Source: Marsupella aquatica
Taxonomy: Eukaryota; Plantae; Marchantiophyta
Direction of reading: 5' to 3'
NCBI GenBank assembly: GCA_973895155.1
Contig: OZ316893.1
Coordinates: 806,860 to 870,859, forward strand
DNA: 64,000 bases
Shown here: positions 39,948-49,870 of the stretch, in pieces
How the letters are laid out: the number at the start of each line of letters is the position of its first letter
Numbering within the stretch: position 1 is the stretch's first letter
Translations under genes and position numbers: made by a program
Notes under the pieces: model-generated
Database searches by the model: none
What the model saw: only the letters and a program-made list of their open reading frames with translations
Told to the model about the DNA's origin: nothing

Positions 39948-40306
39948 TGTCATGCCGAGGGACAATGCCTCTTATGCACATCAGCATGTCCCTCGCATGC
40001 CCGCTAGGTATGTAGTTAGGGCTAGTGTACTACTTGAGTTAGCAACATGTTCTTATAGCAAATGTCAGGCGTTCTTGAAGCAAACGCGCTTGTTAGTGTG
40101 ACGCCAGGACTTTGTTTACTTAGGGCATGTCTTTCTTTGTAGGTTTTCAGTTCTTCTTGAATTGCTGTTGACAGAGCTCAGACAGTACTCGTCGGTTTTG
40201 TACACGGGATTCACACAGTGATTCGTTAGATGCTCCCGACCGATCTTGGCATCCTGCCAGTTTTCGATTCGATTTCAGTATAATTGTTTCTCTTACACCT
40301 TTTATT
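39948..40306 (+). repeat. Terminal repeat A1 (359 bp)
   Basis: Highly similar to 48239-48596; similarity stops after CCTTTTATT. Confidence 0.93.
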
Positions 40307-40879
40307 CAAGAAGAATTGCCAAGTTCGCGGTGAGGAGAAGAAGATAGGAGACATTCTTGTCTCAGCTGCTTAGGTCGGTACATATAATTTCCGTTGAAGC
40401 CGGTGCAATTTCTTTGAGCAACATTGGAATGGCGGGTTAAAAGTTATGGGTTTAATGTGGTGTTATGTGTATACACATAACATCCCCGTTTGAGCCCGTG
40501 CTTTTGTTCTCGGCTACCTTCGTAACCCCTTTTGCTATGTGCTGCCTTCGACTGTCACTGTCGACTGTGCATCGACTACCGACTTGCTATCGACTGCCTT
40601 TTTCTTTCGTGTTTTTGCCCCTTTCCAACGTTTCTTGTTTCCGGCCATGCACGACCACCTCTCGGCCGCCGCGCGACCACTTCCCTTCCAACCGCGCGCC
40701 CCATTTTTTGCTTTTTTGCCGTTTGCGGCCGTGGTCTCCCCTTTGCCTCCCTCCCGATCGCATAAGGCAGGCTGTGCATAGGGCATCGTGCCCTCTCGTT
40801 TATGCCAGCATTTAATTAAGGAGGAAGGGAGCTGACTAGCTGAGCACAAGTGCGAGGAGGGCCGAGCAGGCCAGCACAA

Positions 40880-41280
40880 GCAAAAGGAGGGCACGAGGCC
40901 CTAGGCAACTTTAAAGCAGAGGGGGAGGGGGAGTGCATTCAACTCCCTTCTCAGGAGTCCTCCTGCAGGGCACGAGGCCCATTTAGCAGCATTAAAGCAG
41001 GGGGAGACAGAGCCGATGCAGGTAGCAGCGCAATGAGTGGGCACGAGGCCCTATGCTGAATTAAAGAGGGGAGGGGGAGTTCACATTCGACTCCCTTCTT
41101 GGGAGGCCCACAGTGCATTAACAAGGGAGGGGAGAGTACATTGACTCCTTTCTCTGGGGAGTACTTTCACCAGGGCACGAGGCCCACAGAAGCATTTAAG
41201 GAGGAGATTGAAGGGGAGTTCGTAGCCTCCCTCTTCGGGAGCTCATAAGGAGAAGGGGGGGCACGAAGCCCTATGCAGGG
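40880..41280 (+). repeat. Array of hairpin-forming repeats in the 5' leader
   Basis: GGGCACGAGGCCC at 40889, 40968, 41039 and 41173, a variant at 41259, interleaved with GGGAGT..ACTCCC-type stems. Confidence 0.8.
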
Positions 41281-41769
41281 CCCGAGCCATTGATTGGGGC
41301 CCCATTTCTTTTCTTTCGCTGCGCCCTTGCCTCGCTTCCTCGCTTCGCCATGCCTTTTCCTCCTTAATTAAGTGCTCCACAGCCTGTACATACGTAGGGT
41401 CTCTTCGCTTTTCCCTTGTGCTTACCAGTTTCTGGGTCCACAATGGGGCCCGATGTGTATACACTTAAGGGGCCCGTATGTGTATTCACTTAAAGGGGGT
41501 CCATTTTCAGTGTATTTTTCACTGCCACCGGCATTAGGCCTTTCCGGACAATTGGTCGCCACTGGTCATCTGCATCGGGCTACGGGCCCAGGATATACAC
41601 ATGGGATGGCAACCCACATCGCCTATGTATATACATAGGCAAGCGCGATGGGGACACAATTTGAGGTTTTAAGGGTCCTTTTTCCCCAATGGTTTTTCGA
41701 CGGTGATGGGTTTTCTCAGTCTTTATACATTTTGTACATTACCTGAGTACATCGGGTACTGCCACACAA

Positions 41770-43320
41770 CATGTCAGCAGACGAGCTGGGAGGTAGCAGC
41801 TCACCGCCACCAACACCCCGGTACCACTTACAGAGTGATCCACGACCGTTGGTGCCAATTTTATTGGAGTCTCGGCCATTTTGACGACGTCAGCAGACAG
41901 CAGCAGCACCCACACCACGCAATCCTTCTACTACATTTGGCAGTCGCTTCACCACTACTCCGAAGCCTGCTATCACTTCATTGCCATTTACCCCTTCTGC
42001 ATTTGTGGTTGTTCCTGCTTCACAGACATACAGCATGGACGCCAGCCACTCATCTGGCCGCATTGAACGCTTCAGCGGGCGGCCAGGCACTGTTTCTTTG
42101 CGTGAGTTCAAATCCACTTTCTACACTGTCGTTTACGAATTGGAGTTGAAATATGGCAGCAATTTCACAAATACTTTTGCATTTAAGCAGCTAGCCAGGT
42201 ATGTGCACCATGAGGCTTTGGATGTGTATGAGCAGCACTCTCAACGGCTGCTTGCTGTCATGCAATTGCCTAACCCTACCTATGCTAGTGCAATTGCGGC
42301 AGCCTCACAATTGGCCTTACAGATGCCATTGCAGCCCATGTTGCTGCTCCTGCCACTTCCCCTCCTACTCCAGTTCCTACCACGGCGCCAGTTACTCCCA
42401 CTATCTTGGCACAGGCTACATCAGGCATTTCTCCCACCATTGATTCTCCTACCTTTGCTGATCCAGTGGCTGAGTTTTTCCAGGTTCTTGAATTGGAATT
42501 CCCAATCAAGAGTGTTGACAAAATCATGCAGTTGGCCACCTTTGTGAGGCAGCGCGATAAATCATTGAAGATGATGTATCGTCGGCTTCTCAAGCTGAAG
42601 GAGGACACCCAGAGCATCACTGACCTGGAAGCTGCTCATCGTTATCTTCGCGCATTGGAGGGCACACCAACTCTCCATTCGCAAGTCTTGCAACAAGTAT
42701 TCTCAGAGTTTGGAGATAGCTACACCCTGCTCAATGTCTATGACACTGCTGAGAAACTTGAGTTGGCCCATGCACATTATGAGACCAGTATTGCGCATCC
42801 ACCGCGATCCAGGTACCAGGCTGCTGCCCCTACATTGGCCACTCCTTCCAGTGTGCCACAGTATGGTTCCAAGACCAAGCCAGCACATGCTGCTTTCATG
42901 CTGCCATCTTGAAACTACTGTGGTAACCCCAATCACAAGGCTAATGAATGTGATATTGTTACTGAGGACCTATCTTGTGATTTTTGCGGGAAAGTGGGTC
43001 ACTTGGAGGCAGTTTGTTTTGCCAAATTCCCAGAGAGGAAGCAGCTATGACAGCAGACCCCTCATCCTACTCCTGCTTCCACTCCCGATAAAGCTAGGAG
43101 GGCTCCTACTACATCAGTTGCTCCTGGCTCTTTCCAGTGGCAAAGCACCCAGTGCTAACAAATTGCCCAAGCAGCAATAGAAGCAACCAGCTCAGAAGGA
43201 GGCTCACAATGCATAGGCAACTCAACTCCAATCTCTGACTCATGAGGTTGAGCCTTACGTGCCCAACTTGCCAACATCAAAGGCAAGTCCACTGCCTCTG
43301 TTGGTCCTTCTCAACCGGCT
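41770..43320 (+). pseudogene. gag with two CCHC zinc knuckles (frameshifted)
   Basis: IERFSGRPGTVSLREFK..., then (C>stop)NYCGNPNHKANEC and CDFCGKVGHLEAVC at ~42910-43020. Boundaries approximate. Confidence 0.75.
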
Positions 43321-43326
43321 GGTCAC

Positions 43327-44835
43327 GTGCAACCCATCCCTAGCCCAGGCACCACTGACATTTCAGCACCTCTACCTCGCTCTTTCTATGGTTTGCCATT
43401 TGATGCTCATATGGGTGAGTGTGTGGTATCCTCTACTACACAGCCTGGCCTTACAGCAGACTTTTCAGATTCATTCTGCCCTTCCTATTTTGCTTACCAA
43501 CAGGCCAGTGCTGCTTCCCGTACTGCTCCCACACGCCGCATTGTACAAGCTAATGGTCTTGCTGCTGGTCCTATGACTAGAGCCAGGAGAGCTCGGGCTG
43601 TCATGCCCCAATCTTTTCAGCCACTCACACTTGCTAAAGAGCGCACCTTGTTGGCGAAGGGGGAGGGAGTTGCAGCTACATCCATTCCACCACCAGGTGC
43701 TGCTGACATTTCACAGGGAGTTGTTTCTCCTAAGCTGCTTGAGCATTTCACCTCTGATATGGCACAAAGGATTCTTACAACTCCACTTTTTAGTTGCCAT
43801 GATTTACAACTGGATGCTAGAGCCATCATCAGAGCGCTAGAGGGTTCACTGCATTCTTCATCAGCCCTTGTGACACCAGTTTTGGAGGTCCAATCTCATG
43901 TACATACTGGACCTTCTTCTTCTCCATTGCATGCTTCCACTAGCTTGGCTATCCCAGTACCAATTTCCAGTGGTAGAGAGGACAGTATTGCTGCAGATTG
44001 TTTGACCGGAGCTACACTTGATTTTGGTCATGCTGCTCCATCTTTCCTGGCTATGCTATTGAGTGGGAAGACCGTGGACACTAACTCCCTTCACAAGGTA
44101 CCTCATCATTTGCCAAAAGTGGTGCCTAGTGACAGGACTTTAGTTTCCACCACCATTGCCATTGTTGACAACAGGAATTCAGCGGTCAAGTTGGAGGGTC
44201 ACACTCCTCAGGTGGTCATGCTAGACACAGGCGCTCAACCAGTGATATTGGGCATTCAGTTTGCCAAGAAGATGGGACTGTTGACTGATCATTTACAGCA
44301 ATCCAAGTGGCACATTCGGACTGCTAGTGGCACTGTGGAGGATGTGTTGGGTGAGAGTTCTACTTTACTCACTTTTAATGGAGGTACAGATCAGGAATTG
44401 CATTTCCCAGTCAAATGTTTGGTTACCAATGCCACTACGTATGATGTGCTCATTGGCCAGGAGGCTTTGTTCCCACCAAGTTTTACCATTGACAACTGGC
44501 ATGAGCATGCCTACTATAGAGTTGATTGGCATACGGATGGCTCACACTTGGGCTACATTCCACTTGATTTTCATGGTGCTCATACACCTATGGCTCACCA
44601 TTGTGTTTTGAAAGCAGTGCACACAGCTACCTATGTCAACCACCCATTGCAGGATTGGATTGAGGAGGATGATGTTGAGGTGGTTGCTGCACATGCTGTT
44701 GCACGTATAGCAGCACTTTCCATCAATGTGGATCATCAACCAGAGGTGGTACAATGGCTCCAAACAGCCCATGGACCTTTGGTGCTGCATTGCGCAAATT
44801 TGAGGACCTTGGGCAGCACAATGGACAACCAATAG
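43327..44835 (+). pseudogene. pol N-terminal part with aspartic protease
   Basis: VMLDTGAQPVILG (DTG active site), IRTASG, YDVLIGQE. Confidence 0.85.
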
Positions 44836-44882
44836 CCCCAATCTTGAGCGCACCAATTACATGGACTCCTCCTCCGGCTGGC

Positions 44883-45850
44883 CTTACATTGCTTGAGCTT
44901 TAATTTTTGGTGGCATTTCTACAGGCTTGGAAGCTCTCCTACAGTCCGGCATGGTGGTGAAGCAGTACATCTACATGGACATTGATCCAGGTGCAAGGCA
45001 AGTGGTTGAATCCCGTCTGCTGGAATTTTCAGAGCGATTTCCCCAGCAGTTTCCACACAGTGCATGGAAGTCTGCATTTTCTTTCTTCCCTCCAGATATC
45101 CAGCTTGTCCAGCACCGGCACTTAACCCTTCTTGGCTCCCTTGATTTGATCATAGCTGGTTGGGAATGCCAAGGGTTTTCAGCTGCTGGTCACGGTGCTG
45201 GACTGCATGATTCTCGTTCTGGCCTTTTCACAGCATTGGTTCAGGTTCTCACCTGGGCTCAAGCCCTCTACCCTGCTGTTGGTTATATCATTGAGAATAC
45301 TCCCTCTCAGTTTGACCAACGTCCACAGGTCAAAGAGGATTTCAGTGTGGTCCAACACTACTTGGGATCACCCCTTCTCATTGATGCAGTGCACTGTGGT
45401 TCTTATGCACATCGTCTTTGTAACTTTTGGACTAACCTTGCACCACCTTCCTTGCTGGAGTTAGCTCTTCACCACACATCCAGGCACACTAACCTCACAG
45501 TGGACCAGATTTTGGATCCTGACAGTTCTTGCCAACCAGTTACACGGCAAGAGCCAACACCTTGGTATCCAGCAATACCATTGGACAGCCCCGTGCTGCT
45601 TGGCCTACATTTGTATCCTTTCCAGGTGCACATGCCTTTCAGGGTGATGGTCCTGGCCTGGTTTATCGACATTCTACCGGTACTTGGGATGAACCTAGTT
45701 CTGAGGAGAGAGAACGGGCTATGGGCTTCCAATCCGGTACTACAGGCCACACCCACATCACCAGGCTGGCCATGAATGCTTTACTTGGCAGGGTAATGGA
45801 TCTTAATGCTCTCACTTGGCTTCTGGTCACTTGCATCCTTTTTCAGAGGA
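44883..45850 (+). pseudogene. DNMT3-like cytosine-C5 DNA methyltransferase domain within pol
   Basis: Motif I LLEL[5 nt insertion]FGGISTG, II MDID, IV LIIAGWECQGFS, V RSGLF, VI IIENT, VIII HRLCNFWTNL, IX ERERAMGF, X LLGRVMD; frameshift at ~45570. Confidence 0.92.
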
Positions 45851-45860
45851 ATGCATCCTT

Positions 45861-46450
45861 CCTACTGATGTTCACACTCTCAGGAGCTTTATTGGGTTGT
45901 GCAATTACTACCGGATCTACATCAAAGATTTCAGTACCATTGCACACCCATTGTACTCTTTGTTGAAAAAGAATGTGCCTTGGACATGGAGTACAAATGC
46001 TGAGGTAGCATTTGCCACTTTGAAGGAGAAGCTCTCAGAATACCCAGTGCTGAGAAGACCTGATTTCAGCAAGGTCTTTGTGCTACACACAGATTGGAGT
46101 GCCCTTGGGATTGGTGCCATTCTGGGCCAGCATGATGAGGAAGGTAAAGAGTACGTCATTGCCTATGCATCTAGGAGCAACAATCAGGCAGAGAGTCATT
46201 ATTCTTCTTATGAGGGTGAATGCCTTGCTGTTGTGTGGGCTATCATACATTACAGGCCCTACCTCTATGGGACCAGGTTTGTTCTCTACACCGACCACCA
46301 GCCCTTGAAGTGGTTGATGACCAACGACAAGCTTACTGGCAAGCTTGCTCGTTGGGCGCTCATACTCCAGGAGTATGATTTTGAGGTAATTCATAGGCCT
46401 GGTGTGACACATCAAAATGCTGACACTATATCCCGCAGCCCTTTGATTGC
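45861..46450 (+). pseudogene. RT thumb/connection and Ty3/Gypsy RNase H
   Basis: LRSFIGLCNYYRIYIKDFSTIAHPL, FVLHTDWS, YEGECLAVVWAI, YTDHQPL, LARWALILQEYDF, NADTISR. Confidence 0.93.
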
Positions 46451-46559
46451 CTCTGATGATCCCTCAGATGCACAGCAGGATTTTGACCAGGTTTCCATCC
46501 TGCCTACATTTCATGCATCTAGCTACCTATCTTGCTGTGCTGCCATGCTACATTGTTGA

Positions 46560-48021
46560 CCAACCTGTGGTGGACATATGGGAGGACAGCGACACTCTGA
46601 GATTTCTGCAGCATGGGGAGTACCCCACCCATGTTACTGCTGCCCAGAGAGACCAAATTCAGCAAAGGTCCAAGCGCTACTTGTGGAAGGGAGATCATCT
46701 TGTGCGTTGCTTGCCAGACAGGGAAGTGGTGGTTCCACCCATTCATGAGAGGGTTGGCCTTATCCGTAAGGTACATTCTGAGCTTGGTCATTTTGGTGTT
46801 AAGAGGACTTACAGCCTCTTAGTCCCCCATTATCATTGGAGAGGCATGCATGGCCAGGTTCGAGATGTTATTGCCAGGTGTGAGCAATGTGATAGGGTGA
46901 GGACTTCTTTCACATCTCGGCAACCCACACTTCATCCACTCCCTATGCAGGGCATGTTTTATCGTTGGTCATGTGATTTGGCTGGAGAATTACCCCTCAC
47001 ATCTCGGGGTAATCTCTCGGGGTATGATCATGATAGAGCATTTCTCCAAGTGGATAGAACTTGTGGCATTGCCGGATAAGACCTCCCGTAGCACCAGCCA
47101 GGCATTCCTGCAACAAGTTCTCAGCCGCTTTGGAGCTTGTGCAGAATGTCTCACTGACCAGGGCTCAGAGTTTAGAGGAGAGTTCCAGGAGCTGCTTGAT
47201 CAGGCCCTCATTGATCATCGTCGGACATCACGAGATCACCCACAGGCAGATGGCTTGGCAGAGCGCATGGTTCAAACATGCAAGAAGGGCCTTCGGAAGA
47301 TCTGCCTCACCAAAAACAAGGAGGATTGGGACCTGGCCTTACCCTACATTGCCATGGGGTATAGGATGTCTAGACATGCATCACTGTCTAACTTTTCTCC
47401 CTACTTCTTGTTGTTTGGTCGTCACCAGTTCCACCTTCTGCTATTGCTGCTCACATGCTTCAGGTGGTGGACTTGGATTCAGCTGTGACTTGGTCTGATG
47501 TGATCTCTGAGAGGGCTGGCCTATTCAGGAGGGTTATGCCCATGGCCATGGAGAATTTGGCCATTGCACAGCACAGGGACACACTGCGTTATGCACACAC
47601 ACGAGGGGGCACTTTTCAGCCCAAGGTCAGGAAGTTTGATGTGGGAGATTTTGTGTACTTGCAGCGGCAAGCTAACGACACCCTGGACACCTCTACTAGT
47701 CGTACTATTCTCAGGGTTAAAGCTATTCGACCGTCTGGAGTGCTAGAGTTACAAGGGGCAGATGGGCGCATAATTGCTGACAATGCCAAGAACTGCGCCC
47801 CTTGTCATCTGCCTAACCTGGATCCCACCATTGTGACTTCTACTTGGATTCCACCTGTGGACTACCCTTGCAAAGTGTGTTTGCGAATTGATGATGCTGA
47901 CCAGATGCTGCTGTGTGACAATTGCAATGGAGGGTACCATCTTTTCTGCCTTCGGCCTGAACTTACCCAAGTGCCAGAAGGGTTATGGTTTTGCCCTTCC
48001 TGTGCTCCACGTGCTACCTGA
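46560..48021 (+). pseudogene. DDE integrase with HHCC, GPY/F-type region and C-terminal PHD finger (frameshifted)
   Basis: HSELGH...CEQC; WSCDLAG, LTDQGSEF, GLAERMV; KFDVGDFVYL; CKVC..LLCDNCNGGYHLFC..WFCPSC (C4HC3). Confidence 0.92.
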
Positions 48022-48060
48022 ATTTTCTTCAGCCCTCCTTTTGGCTGTGGTCTGGGGGGG

Positions 48061-48772
48061 ATACAGAGGTTTACACCTCCACTACATACATACCACTTCA
48101 TTTCCTTTTTCTTGGCACTTGTGAATGTGATTGGACTTTTTCTATGCATGTTGGTTGCTAGCAGCTTGCACATATGCCTTGCCGGTGACTTATATGTTTT
48201 CGATACACTATGGCTACGATACTATATGTCACGACAGTTGTCATGCCGAGGGACAGTGCCTCTTATGCACATCGGCATGTCCCTCGCATGCCCGCTAGGT
48301 ATGTAGTTAGGGCTAGTGTACTACTTGAGTTAGCGAATGTTCTTATAGCAAATGCTAGGCGTTCTTGAAGCAAACGCGCTTGTTAGTGTGACGCCAGGAC
48401 TTTGTTTACTTAGGGCATGTCTTTCTTTGTAGGTTTTCAATTCTTCTTGAATCGCTGTTGACAGAGCTCAGACAGTGCTCGTCGGTTCTGTACACGGGAT
48501 TCACACAGTGATTCGTTAGATGCTCCCGACCGATCTTGGCATCCTGCCGGTTTTTGATTCAATTTCAGTACAATTGTTTCTCTTATGCCTTTTATTATAC
48601 AGAGGTTTACACCTCCACTACATACATACCACTTCATTTGCTTTTTCTTGGCACTTGTGAATGTGATTGGACTTTTTCTATGCATGTTGATTGCTAGCAG
48701 CTTGCACATATGCCTTGCCGATGACTTATATGTTTTCGATACACTATGGCTACGATACTATATGTCACGACA
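48061..48772 (+). repeat. B1-gt-A2-B2 right-end repeat block
   Basis: 176 bp B at 48061-48236 and 48597-48772; GT spacer 48237-48238; A2 48239-48596; G7 tract immediately before B1. Confidence 0.93.
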
Positions 48773-49549
48773 GGGGCCAAGTGCACTTGAAACTCAACCT
48801 CCATGCCTACTTGGCATTGCCTCCCTAACGAAGGCTTCTTTGGGAGATTGAAGGCGGTTTGGCTGCTATTTTGGGATGATTTGGCAAGCAGATGAGATAC
48901 ACCTCACAAACCCCAAGAATCTATGGCATCCCCAGACCCAGTTAAGCTCAAGAGTGTGTAATCCTCCTTGAGAACTTTCCAACACACCTAAGAAGTCTCC
49001 CCTTGGTGTTGCAACCGCCGCGGTTCACGACTTGGGCTCGTTCTTGGACCCCAAGCCACACGTTTGGGCACGTCACCAACTGGCTATGCTCATAATTTTC
49101 TAGTTAGGCGTCCGTAGGCAAAGTGCCTTAGCCCACTGTGATCAGACTGACCTAGTGCTCATGCCTTGGCCCTCAGAACCTATTGTCACTCACAGTCCCC
49201 GCGCGGCCACACTTGGGTTAGGCCGTATTTCATGCCTTAAGCGTTCGTTATGCATGAAGTCCGTTAGCCTTAGGCCCAAGAGGAGCTTTCACTCAAACAC
49301 TCAGAATTCAAAGTCCGTCTGGGGGGTCTGGACTATTGACCTTGAGTTCGACCCTTTCCCATGACCCGACCAACCCCAAACTAATCTAAGTCCTTAGTGT
49401 GCATCACTAGCTTAGTGCCTTGCCTTCGCTAGTGCAACGCCTCATGGCCCACATGCCTCTCCATGCTAAGTCCTCTCCAAATGGTCGTTCCAGGCTTGGA
49501 CCATAGGAGAGCTCGACGGTGACTTAAATGTTAAAGTAATCAAGTTCCA

Positions 49550-49870
49550 CAATTTTTTGTCAAATGCTAAAGAGATTATAAATTTTTAATTTTATCTAAC
49601 TTTCCAATAAGTGTGATATTGAAAGATTTTGTCAAAACAATACTAAAGAGATCATAAGTTTCTAAATCTTTCGAGCTTTCCAATGAATGTAACATTGACA
49701 AATTTCATCAAAATACTAAGAAAATTTATTATTTAGTTTTAAAGTGTGGAGCCAAAAGAGTTTTAACTATTTACATTTCTGTCAATTGATTTTTCCAAAC
49801 TTGCGAACTATTGAAAAAGACAAGTAAAATACTGATCTATCATTGACAAGATATCAGAATGATAACTTTG
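49550..49870. repeat. Continuation of the ~70 bp repeat family and its downstream flank
   Basis: Same units. 49700-49870 matches 24480-24578 plus 24916-25000, i.e. the site without the solo LTR. Confidence 0.75.

Larger units (their letters stand above)
39948..48772 (+). mobile_element. Ty3/Gypsy-type retroelement with split direct repeats, C5 methyltransferase and PHD finger; RT core absent
   Basis: Starts TGTCATG, ends CACGACA, GGGG on both flanks; order gag-protease-DNMT-(RT thumb)-RNase H-integrase-PHD; repeats A1 39948-40306, B1 48061-48236, A2 48239-48596, B2 48597-48772. Confidence 0.93.

Noticed and set aside
40880-41280. CRISPR array or hammerhead ribozymes
   Set aside because: Repeats are only 13 bp, spacers resemble each other, there are no cas genes, and no CUGANGA/GAAA core is properly placed.
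39948-48772. DIRS/Ngaro/PAT tyrosine-recombinase element
   Set aside because: The repeat layout fits, but I see no tyrosine recombinase; protease, DDE integrase, TG/CA ends and a TSD indicate Ty3/Gypsy.
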